This document shows, in pieces, positions 1 through 8,404 of a stretch of DNA of 54,614 bases. The notes beneath the pieces were generated by a model that had not been told where the DNA came from, searched no databases, and was given only the letters and a program-made list of their open reading frames with translations. Positions within the stretch are counted from its first letter, which is position 1. Every line of letters starts with the position of its first letter. A program made the position numbers and the translations under genes. The DNA is from a virus (lineage: Duplodnaviria; Caudoviricetes): positions 1 through 54,614 of IMG/VR virus record IMGVR_UViG_3300047199_000011; one strand, written 5' to 3'.

Positions 1-146
1 CCGCATGGGAGGACATTGAAACCAGGTACCCCCACCCTCCGTTGGCGAAGGAACTGTGCGCCGCTCTAATGAGCGGCTTACAGTTTAGATAAGCCAATTA
101 GCTAAGTGCTTGGGCTTGACAAGCACAGTATACAGGGAGGTGCAAC

Positions 147-374
147 ATGGAAGGTGTAGCAGCAGTAGCAGAGAACAGGGCTCGTGAGAGCGTATATCGT
201 TTCACTATCAACAGGGCTGACTTGCAGTTGTTAGCGAGTGCAGCGCAGCAAGCTGGGCATGATAAGGTTACATTTGAAATCAAGGCTCAGGGCTTTGTTG
301 CAGGTGAGAAAAGCAAGAGAGCTGGAGATACATTCCACAGCTGGGTTGCGAGGCATTGGGCACCTAAGGCCTAA
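147..374 (+). CDS. hypothetical early protein
   Basis: 75-aa ORF with GGGAGG RBS upstream of the ATG. Confidence 0.6.
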   Translation: MEGVAAVAENRARESVYRFTINRADLQLLASAAQQAGHDKVTFEIKAQGFVAGEKSKRAGDTFHSWVARHWAPKA

Positions 375-451
375 GGCGTACAGTCCTGAGCATGACTATA
401 AACTGCTCATATTTAATTACTAAATTGCTTACAACAGAGGAGAATAGGACA

Positions 452-775
452 ATGAAGATGAATAGACCACCCACAACTGAGGATAAGCACAATAGATTTA
501 ATGAGAGGTTTGCCAATGATGAGAATACTGGAGTCAATAAGCTTACTTCAACGGGCTGTATGAATAGGTTTAACATACACCGTAGTGAGATGATGCTGAC
601 TGATAATGAGAATCGCCAACGCAACTTTGAATATGCCAATAATGCAGAGAGAGAAGAACGCAGGATGCAGATGACCTTATGGAAGTGCTTTAACAAGCTT
701 GGGTATAAGCTATTGGATAATGAGTCAGCCGATGAGCTGATAGAAAGGGCTAAGCAAGATGGAAACTTGGATTAA
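452..775 (+). CDS. hypothetical early protein
   Basis: ORF track 392-775; GAGGAG/AGGAC upstream favours the ATG at 452. Confidence 0.55.
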   Translation: MKMNRPPTTEDKHNRFNERFANDENTGVNKLTSTGCMNRFNIHRSEMMLTDNENRQRNFEYANNAEREERRMQMTLWKCFNKLGYKLLDNESADELIERAKQDGNLD

Positions 776-912
776 GGCTATACTATTCTTGTTATGGGTA
801 GTAATGATGACTATATTTGCTATCCATACGATAAATGATCATAATCCATGAGGCGTCGCCGCTTTTATGAGCGGCTCCGCCGCATAGGTATGTACTATAA
901 AAGGAGGATATA

Positions 913-1170
913 ATGAGCTATATGAAGATGCTGGATGAGGTAATTGTGGATAAGGTGCAGTATGACCATGATACAAGAGAGAATGAGCACGCATATCTGC
1001 AATTAAGGGATGAGGTTAACGAATGTAAGCTGGTGAGCGCACATGGACAGCTCGAGATTGAACAGCTCTCACCAATAGCTCAAGAGTGTGTACGTGAATG
1101 GGAGAGCTTAATTGAGGCTAAGGCCCATCATGATTTTATTAACTATGCTGAACAACCGGAGGACTACTAA
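913..1170 (+). CDS. hypothetical acidic protein
   Basis: AAGGAGG RBS; stop overlaps the next start (TAATG). Confidence 0.7.
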   Translation: MSYMKMLDEVIVDKVQYDHDTRENEHAYLQLRDEVNECKLVSAHGQLEIEQLSPIAQECVREWESLIEAKAHHDFINYAEQPEDY

Positions 1171-1355
1171 TGGAAGAACTAAAGACATTCGTTAACTCAC
1201 TAGCCAAAGTGATTGATGTTATTGGTGAGAGGCTTGTAGCTAATCATGAGGCAATTATCACATTAACGAAGGTAATTGAGCAACAAGACAAGGTTATCTT
1301 GGGTATGTGGGATAGGATCCGTGAGCTTGAAAGGAAGGCGAACAATGAAATGTGA
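1170..1355 (+). CDS. hypothetical coiled-coil protein
   Basis: Translationally coupled ORF with a heptad-like pattern. Confidence 0.6.
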   Translation: MEELKTFVNSLAKVIDVIGERLVANHEAIITLTKVIEQQDKVILGMWDRIRELERKANNEM

Positions 1356-1548
1356 ACTCTGTGGCCGTGAAACCACTAAATTGTACCAAGTACCATTAGC
1401 AGATGATATAGAGCAGGATGAAGATGGGTGTATTTACCCACAATATGCAACTTATAACGTGTGTTCAGCCTGTGTGCCAGAGGAGTGTGTTGAGTTTATA
1501 GACGATGGACAGCAGATACTCCATAATTTGCTCACAAGGCTGCCATGA
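1345..1548 (+). CDS. small zinc-finger protein
   Basis: MKCELCG...VCSAC gives two CxxC pairs; AAGGAAGG upstream of the ATG at 1345. Confidence 0.6.
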   Translation: MKCELCGRETTKLYQVPLADDIEQDEDGCIYPQYATYNVCSACVPEECVEFIDDGQQILHNLLTRLP

Positions 1549-1666
1549 AGTTTCCATATAATAACCATATTAACTCGGATCTAAGTTACCAACGATTTGT
1601 TAACTCGTTGCGGCACAGTTAATCAACGGTGATTAGGCAATCTATTCTTATTATATTATACATTAT

Positions 1667-1703
1667 GTTGTAGGCGTTGTAGGCGTTGTAAGTGTTGTAG
1701 GCA
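1667..1703. repeat. tandem 9-bp repeat (GTTGTAGGC-like, about 4 copies) in an AT-rich intergenic region
   Basis: gttgtaggc gttgtaggc gttgtaagt gttgtaggc, flanked by AT-rich tracts. Confidence 0.85.
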
Positions 1704-1744
1704 CAGTAGTATCCTATTTATGATTTTATTATTTAGAATACGGA

Positions 1745-2005
1745 GTGAATATGCTCTTTAAAGAAGGAGATTTAGTTAGAAGCGTATCTGAACACGGGAT
1801 AATCAGGGTAGTAGTTATACCAAACAAGCACCTTAATTGCGAGAGCCATGAGAGCATTGGCGTAGCTGAGTGCGATGTATATGCCGGGAGAGCAGTAAAT
1901 ATAAGACAAGTATTTGTTTGGACGCTGCCTGCTTATTGGGAGTTGTTAACCGAAGATGCAATCATTAACAGAATCATTGAGGAAGAAGTAAAGAGGTGGA
2001 AATGA
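1745..2005 (+). CDS. hypothetical protein (SH3/KOW-like start)
   Basis: 86-aa ORF beginning FKEGDLVR. Confidence 0.55.
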   Translation: MNMLFKEGDLVRSVSEHGIIRVVVIPNKHLNCESHESIGVAECDVYAGRAVNIRQVFVWTLPAYWELLTEDAIINRIIEEEVKRWK

Positions 2006-2116
2006 TGTACCGTAAGCGGAAGAAGAAAGGGTTCTTTGGTGCTGTGTATCCCAAGAATCAAAGACTATATGAAGATGGAGAAAGCGATTTAAGCCGTTTA
2101 TTAGAAAGGAGAAAAC

Positions 2117-2251
2117 ATGACAAAGGCAGAACAGATGTGCCGGTCAAACATAGCTAAAGGCCGGTGGACTCCTGCATTGTGCATTGCGTGTAGAATCAAG
2201 GATACTATGGATTGCAGAACACGCAAGGCTATGATGAAGGAGAAGAAATGA
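2117..2251 (+). CDS. small Cys-rich protein (below ORF-track cutoff)
   Basis: AAGGAG RBS; MTKAEQMCRSNIAKGRWTPALCIACRIKDTMDC...; ATGA overlap with the next ORF. Confidence 0.5.
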   Translation: MTKAEQMCRSNIAKGRWTPALCIACRIKDTMDCRTRKAMMKEKK

Positions 2252-2427
2252 ACATGATTAAATGGGATAAGCCCATGCTCCAACGATTCAAGAAGAAATA
2301 TAACCAAGAGTGCTTCACCTTTGATGGAGATGAGCACGTATTTACATTTGAAGGCAATGAGTTTGTTGTAGGATACGCCAAGTATCTTATTCAACATCTT
2401 GAGGCCGCATTTAAAACAGTAAAATGA
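2248..2427 (+). CDS. hypothetical protein
   Basis: AAGGAG RBS; MNMIKWDK... Confidence 0.6.
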   Translation: MNMIKWDKPMLQRFKKKYNQECFTFDGDEHVFTFEGNEFVVGYAKYLIQHLEAAFKTVK

Positions 2428-2495
2428 GCGGCAATTCGCAATTGATCGCGAATAACGAGCGAGCGTGAACAATGACCGCGAGCGAGTGGTGCCGC
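2428..2495 (+). other. structured fold-back element A (G.A-mismatch stem, GAACAATGA core)
   Basis: Closing stem GCGGCA/TGCCGC; hairpin ATTCGC/GCGAAT; CGAGCGAGCG...CGCGAGCGAG pairs with two tandem GA/GA mismatches. Confidence 0.75.
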
Positions 2496-2503
2496 AAGGA
2501 GGA

Positions 2504-2659
2504 ATGATGGCTAAGGCCATGCGTAGATTAACTTACAGAGGCAAGAAGCAAGAGTATATCAAGAAGGATGCCATGGCCAATATCTTGGCTAAGATGGCTA
2601 GGTGGAATATCACACTCAAGGATTTACACAACGCAATACTCAGGATAGGAGGTGAATGA
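2504..2659 (+). CDS. small basic protein
   Basis: AAGGAGG RBS directly after element A. Confidence 0.6.
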   Translation: MMAKAMRRLTYRGKKQEYIKKDAMANILAKMARWNITLKDLHNAILRIGGE

Positions 2660-2910
2660 TGGCTACGTTATTCAGATTAAAGAAACCAGGCGACAAACGA
2701 GCGCATACGTGTGATGCTCGTTGCTACAATGCAAAGGGTACAGTATGCAAGTGTTTCTGTGGTGGTACTAATCATGGCGAAGGATTGGATTTTGCAATCG
2801 GTAACTGCAAAGCCAATATGCAGAAATTCATGAGCATGGGCTGCCAGATAGGAAAAGGATTAGCAGCAGCAATCAAACAAGCAGTAGCAGAAATAACAGG
2901 AGGTGTATGA
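2656..2910 (+). CDS. Cys/His-rich putative zinc-binding protein
   Basis: HTCDARCYNAKGTVCKCFCGGTNHG; AGGAGGT RBS. Confidence 0.7.
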   Translation: MMATLFRLKKPGDKRAHTCDARCYNAKGTVCKCFCGGTNHGEGLDFAIGNCKANMQKFMSMGCQIGKGLAAAIKQAVAEITGGV

Positions 2911-3149
2911 TGGACACAGGTGATTTAATTGGTGAGATAAAGAAGACCAACGTGGTTGTGACCAAGGTGCGCTTGACTGAGTTCAAAGGCCGCAAGTTCC
3001 TTGATATCAGGGATTTCTTCAAGCCCAAGAACTCTATTGAGTTCGCGCCTACCAAGAAAGGGATTGCTCTTGATGTGAGCAGGGTGACTGAGATTCTTTC
3101 CTTGATTGAGCAAGCAGAAGCAAAGATATTAGTTGACAAGAAGCAATAA
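2907..3149 (+). CDS. PC4/p15 (YdbC-like) ssDNA-binding protein
   Basis: VRLTEFKGRKFLDIRDF...PTKKGIAL matches the PC4-fold signature. Confidence 0.85.
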   Translation: MMDTGDLIGEIKKTNVVVTKVRLTEFKGRKFLDIRDFFKPKNSIEFAPTKKGIALDVSRVTEILSLIEQAEAKILVDKKQ

Positions 3150-3158
3150 CTTGCTACA

Positions 3159-3362
3159 ATGTGTAGCATGAGAACGAGGTGCATGATGCCGACGAAACAA
3201 GAATATGAGTGCTACTCCTGCGGCAAAGAAACAACGCAGGGACAAATGAGGGACTTGCCTTATGATGAATACATCGGGCAGGTCTTTCTTTGTTTAGAGT
3301 GCTGTAAGGCGGAAGACCGCTTAATGGAGGAGAAAGATGATGTGCCCATTTTGCGGGAGTAA
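3159..3362 (+). CDS. small zinc-finger protein
   Basis: ECYSCG...LCLEC; start uncertain. Confidence 0.5.
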   Translation: MCSMRTRCMMPTKQEYECYSCGKETTQGQMRDLPYDEYIGQVFLCLECCKAEDRLMEEKDDVPILRE

Positions 3363-3498
3363 CACCGTGTGTGATAAGTTCGGTGAGGAGTGGATCACAT
3401 GGTGTCCGTATTGCAACAAGGAGGTTATATTCGATGAAGATGACGAAGGGGACACCAGCAACATTCCCGGAGTTGAGGGGAAACCTAGCAGGGCTTAG
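3337..3498 (+). CDS. zinc-ribbon protein with acidic tail (below ORF-track cutoff)
   Basis: GGAGGAG RBS; MMCPFCGS...WCPYC...; overlaps the ligase start. Confidence 0.55.
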   Translation: MMCPFCGSNTVCDKFGEEWITWCPYCNKEVIFDEDDEGDTSNIPGVEGKPSRA

Positions 3499-4294
3499 AT
3501 GGCCTTGCTTCGCTGAGGTCAAGTATGATGGTGAAGCGTGCTTGATAGGCTATCACAATTCTGCACCAATACCAATCTTCACCAGTAATAAGTATGGAAC
3601 CATGCGGCATGAGTGGGGGAAGCTGGATAGTATTCAGTCTATCCTTGAAGACAATGATGTTGAGCAGGCAGTGTTTCTAGCTGAGTTATTCTATGGTGAA
3701 GGAAAGAAGGGTGACTTGTACAAACTGCTGAGTCATAAGGATGATGATACCCTTAATCTGATTATTTATGATGTAGGGCATATCACATTCAAGAACAGCA
3801 AGATGGCAGGCGAAGTAACACCATTGATAACGCGCAAAGAAATACTGAGTGAGCTGTTTCCTTCTGGAGCAGGATTCACTAGTTGGAGTATCAAACCTCA
3901 CATCGTTGAAGGCAGGCTTGAAGCAGAATCATACTTTGGTGATGTTACTGATGATGGGTATGAGGGAATCGTGCTTAAGCCTTTGGATGGATTCCTCACT
4001 CATGGGCCATGTGCTTGGGTAAAGATGAAGTTCAAGGACAGAAGCGAGTATAAAGTAATAGCCGTATCGAATACACAAGAACGAATCGAGATTGCAGTAC
4101 CAGTTCCACCAGCGCCAGGAACGCTTCAGTTGATTGCGAAGTATATCCCATGTGGCGTTAAAGTAACCAACAAACACAAAGCGAGCCTTCGACCGGGTGA
4201 TACTGTTGAGATTGAACATCAAGGAGTTCTTGATTCAGGCTCATTAAGGCATCCGGTGTTTATACGCAAGGTAGAAGGAGAAAGGAATGGCTAA
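3434..4294 (+). CDS. lig: minimal ATP-dependent DNA ligase (adenylation + OB domain)
   Basis: Motif I EVKYDG, IIIa IYDV, IV YEGIVLK, V WVKMK, VI LRHPVF; AAGGAGG RBS before the ATG at 3434. Confidence 0.9.
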   Translation: MKMTKGTPATFPELRGNLAGLRWPCFAEVKYDGEACLIGYHNSAPIPIFTSNKYGTMRHEWGKLDSIQSILEDNDVEQAVFLAELFYGEGKKGDLYKLLSHKDDDTLNLIIYDVGHITFKNSKMAGEVTPLITRKEILSELFPSGAGFTSWSIKPHIVEGRLEAESYFGDVTDDGYEGIVLKPLDGFLTHGPCAWVKMKFKDRSEYKVIAVSNTQERIEIAVPVPPAPGTLQLIAKYIPCGVKVTNKHKASLRPGDTVEIEHQGVLDSGSLRHPVFIRKVEGERNG

Positions 4295-5453
4295 TACCGT
4301 GCCACCTATTGATAGAATACCCGACGAAGAATTAAAGAAGATACGAGATCAGTTAATGGGAACTAGTACCAAGGTACGTGCTTGGCAAATCAAAGATGTG
4401 CTTAAATCCAAGAACATTGAGATGGACGAAAGCACAATCCGCGGGCGGTTCATTGAGATGGGACAGCCGTTGAGCGGTAATGTAGGAGAACCTGTGGCCG
4501 CCACTGTAGCAGAAACGCCAAAGGTTATGACTACTAAGAGGCAATATCCCGTGACTGCTGAGATGGCTCAATATGTCCCGCATGATGAAGACTTCACCAA
4601 TTATATCACAAGGGATATTGATAAGCGATTAGCAGCGCATCTGGATGCAAGCAGGCCTGGACATTGGAAATATCCTTTGTGCCAAGGCAAGCAAGGAACT
4701 GGAAAGACATTCTCAATCCAGTATTATGCGTGGATGAACAAGATTCCGTTCTTTCTGTATTCAATGTATGAGGATTTCAAATTGCCAAAGCTGTTTGGTG
4801 ATAAGACAATCCAGAACGGCAGCATCATGTTCCAAGAAAGTACGTTCGTTAAGGCAATTCAAGGGCCGTGTCTGATTTGCTTTGATGAGATAAACGCTCT
4901 GAGTAATGCAGGCACATTTGATTTCCATGCGTTTATGTGGAATAGAGAGCTGTTTATTAAGGATGCAGACAACGGACAAGGTAAAGTGTTCAAGTTGCAT
5001 GATGATTGCAAGATGGCATTTGCCCAGAATCCAAAGAGTGCAAAGTATATCGGTGGCAATATCAAGGCAAGCAATTTCCTTGGACGATGTACGTATCTAA
5101 CTTATCCAGAGTTCAGCAAGAAGGAAATAAGGTTAGCGTTGTTCAAGAAGTTCCCTACACTAGGCAAGGATGACTTGGATAAGTTCACCAAGTTCTATTT
5201 TGCGTGCCTTGAAACCATTGAGAAGGCAAACATCCCGGTTGATATCTCAATCAGGCAGTTGAATAACTGCATTGACTTGTGGATGCACGGGATGCCGTTG
5301 CAGTATGCAATCGAAGATGGTATCACCAGTATCATGGAAGCAATCAGCCAACCTAAGGCCAAAGAAGCGTTCTTTAGAATAGCGCAGGCTATTTGGAAGG
5401 AGCTTATGAGCCAGAGCGACAAAGAAAAGGTCGAGAAAGAGAAAGATGAATGA
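4287..5453 (+). CDS. MoxR/CbbQ/CobS-type AAA+ ATPase
   Basis: Walker A GKQGTGKT, Walker B ICFDEIN, sensor AQNP, SIRQL helix; lies near a vWA gene. Confidence 0.85.
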   Translation: MANTVPPIDRIPDEELKKIRDQLMGTSTKVRAWQIKDVLKSKNIEMDESTIRGRFIEMGQPLSGNVGEPVAATVAETPKVMTTKRQYPVTAEMAQYVPHDEDFTNYITRDIDKRLAAHLDASRPGHWKYPLCQGKQGTGKTFSIQYYAWMNKIPFFLYSMYEDFKLPKLFGDKTIQNGSIMFQESTFVKAIQGPCLICFDEINALSNAGTFDFHAFMWNRELFIKDADNGQGKVFKLHDDCKMAFAQNPKSAKYIGGNIKASNFLGRCTYLTYPEFSKKEIRLALFKKFPTLGKDDLDKFTKFYFACLETIEKANIPVDISIRQLNNCIDLWMHGMPLQYAIEDGITSIMEAISQPKAKEAFFRIAQAIWKELMSQSDKEKVEKEKDE

Positions 5454-5673
5454 AGAACGTAAGGATCAACTGGCTCACCTTTATTATGGGTGCCCTTATC
5501 GTGTTTGTTGTAAGCGGCGTAAGAAGATTGTTGATGCGCAAATCAGATTAGAGGAAAGGAGTAAGCAACACCGAAGCGAAACGGAGCCGGTAGCGGAGTG
5601 TGCACGCGGTTCTATTGCGAACGAGCGCGAACAGGCAACCCAGCGCGGAGCGGCAACCCGCGGTGAGCAATAG
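5446..5673 (+). CDS. hypothetical protein; 3' half runs into element B
   Basis: Overlaps the ATPase stop; C-terminal part may only be read-through of structured DNA. Confidence 0.35.
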   Translation: MNEERKDQLAHLYYGCPYRVCCKRRKKIVDAQIRLEERSKQHRSETEPVAECARGSIANEREQATQRGAATRGEQ

Positions 5674-5719
5674 AGTGCGTGCTGCGTAGCGTACGGCGTA
5701 GTGGAGCGTAAAGTGTTGC
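5565..5719 (+). other. structured fold-back element B (five GNA/GNA internal loops)
   Basis: GCAACAC/GTGTTGC, GCACGC/GCGTGC and TCTATTGC/GCAATAGA stems; periodic GAA/GTA, GAA/GGA, GGA/GTA, GTA/GTA, GGA/GTA loops between short WC blocks. Confidence 0.8.
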
Positions 5720-5727
5720 AAGACGAT

Positions 5728-5970
5728 ATGAAAATGAGAGCGTTTAGAGGAAGAATGGTGCCAATCAAAGGAGGCACAAACATCCAGCTATGTGCAAGAG
5801 AGATACATCAGCTTAGAGATTTGCTATCAGACAAGATGGCTGAACTCGAGCCTAAGGCAAAGAACAATAAGCTGTACTCTCTTGATTTAACCTATTTCCG
5901 TAGGATATACTCGAAGTTAACTAAACAATGGCGCTGTGTCCATTGTGGAGAGTGGGTGAATCATGGATGA
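5728..5970 (+). CDS. hypothetical protein
   Basis: ORF after element B; C-terminal CxxC. Confidence 0.5.
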   Translation: MKMRAFRGRMVPIKGGTNIQLCAREIHQLRDLLSDKMAELEPKAKNNKLYSLDLTYFRRIYSKLTKQWRCVHCGEWVNHG

Positions 5971-6160
5971 ATTACTTGAAGCATTAGAGGATATGGTGAA
6001 TCAGCATTGTACTGTAAACGGCAAAGAGTGCCCAGCTTATCTTGATTCAATGGCTCTTTCTGCAAATGCTTATGCTATGCGTGTATTAGCCAAACATAAG
6101 CGTATTGTTATCAAGAAAGAATACGGAAGAAGAATCATTGCAGATTGGAGTAACTCATGA
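5963..6160 (+). CDS. hypothetical protein
   Basis: Overlap-coupled ORF, ATGA junction with the vWA gene. Confidence 0.6.
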   Translation: MDELLEALEDMVNQHCTVNGKECPAYLDSMALSANAYAMRVLAKHKRIVIKKEYGRRIIADWSNS

Positions 6161-7560
6161 ATAGAGTAACCTTTGAAATGCTCGCCAAGTGGTGCGCCGG
6201 TAAGCATAAGGCGAAGGTTGTCTTTGATGCACAGGCAACGGGAGCAAGTTCCAGTCCTCAGAAGAATGAGATTTATATGCCCTGTGATCTTAAGGAGCAT
6301 AACATTCTTGGAGCGTTGGCGTTGCTGATGCACGAAGCCGGCCACTTGAAGCACAGTGGGAAGATACCAAAGGATGTAGCTGATGGCCGTGTAATCAGCC
6401 ACAATATCCTTAATGCGTTTGAGGATATCAGAATAGACAACAAGAACTTTCAGATCCTGGATAATATCCGTGGCTTCTACCAGAAGCTAGTTGACCAGCA
6501 CGTATATCCACGCAAAGAGGAGATGATGAAAGAGCATCTGATGACCAGGTGCTTAATCAACGGCATCCTGCGGAATGAAAGGTTCAACGAAGTCTATGAA
6601 GATGACGAAGCTATCAAGTTCAATCGAAAGCACAATATCCCTAAACTTATGTATCAAGCACAGTGGGATATCGAACAAGGTAACTGGCAGGCCGTTAAGG
6701 ATGCGATTAAGAAGGTAAAGACACTGTTTAAGATAAAGGAGGAGGATGATGTCCAGCAAACAGAACCTTCTGATGTGGGCAACACTGACAAGTTTCTTCG
6801 ACCCGGAGCTGCGTGGGATAAAGGACAAGGCATCAAGGGCCCGAGCAAAGATATTATTGGAGAAGCTGCGTTCCAGGATATTACCAAAGATTCCTTCAAA
6901 GAGCTCCTCACAATTAAGGAAAAGCGGACAGTATTTGAAGGAGCTAAGCTCAATACAGATGCCATCACGTCCTTCTTCACAGGAGATATTGACGATCTGT
7001 TCCACGAACAAGACATCCAAAAGACAAAGAAAAGCAAAATAGCGTTCTGTCTGGATGCTTCAGGCTCAATGCAATCCAGGATGATTGATGGAAGCGACAG
7101 GCAACAGCTATTAGTCAAGACAACCCGCAGCATAATCAATATCCTCAAGGAAATACAGGAGCAGGAAGGATTGAACATCAGCTATGATGTGTGGGCGTTC
7201 GATTATAATGCAGAGAAATTAAACCCAGAAGATTGGGAGCGACAGTATAGCGCGAGAAGAGGTGGCACAAATCTATATCAAGCGTTCCAAGATGTACAGA
7301 ATGACATCCTAGCTAATCAGGAGATCGATGGGAATAAGCTGGTTATCCTGATGACTGATGGTGAGGTAGGATGTGATGAGATCGAGAACCTAAGGAAGCA
7401 AATAATCACTCATGGCGCTGAAGTTAGGTGCATGGTGGTCGGGATAGGCGCTACATTAGGAGGCGCTTTCGTTGAAACAATCGCCGGTGAGAGTAATATA
7501 CTTGGCGAGGAGCACGCTGATAGTGTCATTATGGACACGATAAAGGCGATGCTGGAATGA
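6157..7560 (+). CDS. CobT-like protein: N-terminal zincin-like domain + C-terminal vWA
   Basis: HEAGH...NAFEDIRID; MIDAS DASGS...GGT...TDG. Confidence 0.9.
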   Translation: MNRVTFEMLAKWCAGKHKAKVVFDAQATGASSSPQKNEIYMPCDLKEHNILGALALLMHEAGHLKHSGKIPKDVADGRVISHNILNAFEDIRIDNKNFQILDNIRGFYQKLVDQHVYPRKEEMMKEHLMTRCLINGILRNERFNEVYEDDEAIKFNRKHNIPKLMYQAQWDIEQGNWQAVKDAIKKVKTLFKIKEEDDVQQTEPSDVGNTDKFLRPGAAWDKGQGIKGPSKDIIGEAAFQDITKDSFKELLTIKEKRTVFEGAKLNTDAITSFFTGDIDDLFHEQDIQKTKKSKIAFCLDASGSMQSRMIDGSDRQQLLVKTTRSIINILKEIQEQEGLNISYDVWAFDYNAEKLNPEDWERQYSARRGGTNLYQAFQDVQNDILANQEIDGNKLVILMTDGEVGCDEIENLRKQIITHGAEVRCMVVGIGATLGGAFVETIAGESNILGEEHADSVIMDTIKAMLE

Positions 7561-7682
7561 CGAGCGAGAAGCCGGATGGCGTGAGTGCTGGCGGCGAAAT
7601 AAGAGGTATCGAACAATGACAAAGCGAAGCGGGATAAATAGGACAAGGCCAGCACGGTCGCCAGAAGACTCGAGCGAAGTCA
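7558..7682 (+). other. structured fold-back element C
   Basis: TGAC/GTCA, TGGCG/CGCCA and GTGCTGGC/GCCAGCAC stems with GA/GA and GGA/GAA loops; inner CGAACAATGAC and GCGAAGC. Confidence 0.75.
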
Positions 7683-7695
7683 AAGAAAGGTGAAT

Positions 7696-8256
7696 ATGAA
7701 GAACGAAGTACCAGAAGCTACAAGTATGGTATCACAATACTGCCTTGATGTGCTTCCTGCAACGAAGTTTATTGAATCGTTGCCAAGGGGGATTGAAGTC
7801 AAGGCCATGAAGTTCTGCGGATATTACCGTGGATTAAGGAAGAAGTTAGCTATACCTGAATATCTCAAGCAAATGGGAGTTCATACAGCAAGAACAACTC
7901 CCGAACATTCTGAGATAAACGGGCACTTCAATAGCGGGCTTTCATCCACAAAGATGATTACTAATCTAAAGAGGATAGCTAAATCTTACGCTATCCCAGA
8001 GGCAAGGTTCCATATCTTGACCATCACTCTTGGATGTAAGAACGCAGCAGCTTCATTCAGAAGGCAGTACAAGCAGATCAGGCTTCCGAATGACAAGAGA
8101 AGGAAGAAACTCGTGCTTGGTATGTCAGGCATGGGAGTAGGGAATCATATCGCTTTGCTTGCTAAGTTATCGGCAAAGAAGATTACCTGCACACTCGCTA
8201 AAGTGGAAAAGACAATCGTGATGTGCTCAGAGGAAATGGTAATGAAAGGAAGGTAA
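7696..8256 (+). CDS. hypothetical basic protein
   Basis: GAAAGGTG RBS after element C. Confidence 0.6.
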   Translation: MKNEVPEATSMVSQYCLDVLPATKFIESLPRGIEVKAMKFCGYYRGLRKKLAIPEYLKQMGVHTARTTPEHSEINGHFNSGLSSTKMITNLKRIAKSYAIPEARFHILTITLGCKNAAASFRRQYKQIRLPNDKRRKKLVLGMSGMGVGNHIALLAKLSAKKITCTLAKVEKTIVMCSEEMVMKGR

Positions 8257-8257
8257 C

Positions 8258-8404
8258 ATGGCCAAGAAGCAACAGTGGACTGGCGTAAGGATAGGGCCTG
8301 GCATGTACAAGGAGTTGAAAGTCTTGTCCAAGATACAGGATGTCCCTATGTCCAGCATATTGAGGAAGCTGTGGAATAAGTACAAGAAGGAGGTGTTAAA
8401 ATGA
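8258..8404 (+). CDS. ribbon-helix-helix (Arc/CopG-like) DNA-binding protein (below ORF-track cutoff)
   Basis: MAKKQQWTGVRIGPGMYKELKVLSKIQDVPMSSILRKLW fits a strand-helix-helix pattern; ATGA-coupled to the next gene. Confidence 0.65.
   Translation: MAKKQQWTGVRIGPGMYKELKVLSKIQDVPMSSILRKLWNKYKKEVLK

Noticed and set aside
116-134. Sigma70 promoter at TTGACA (116-121)
   Set aside because: The nearest -10-like hexamer is only 7 bp away; the site lies within a GTGCTTG/CAAGCAC hairpin
1338-1350. Fifth GCGAACAATGA core
   Set aside because: Sits at an RBS/start junction with no flanking fold-back arms; probably chance
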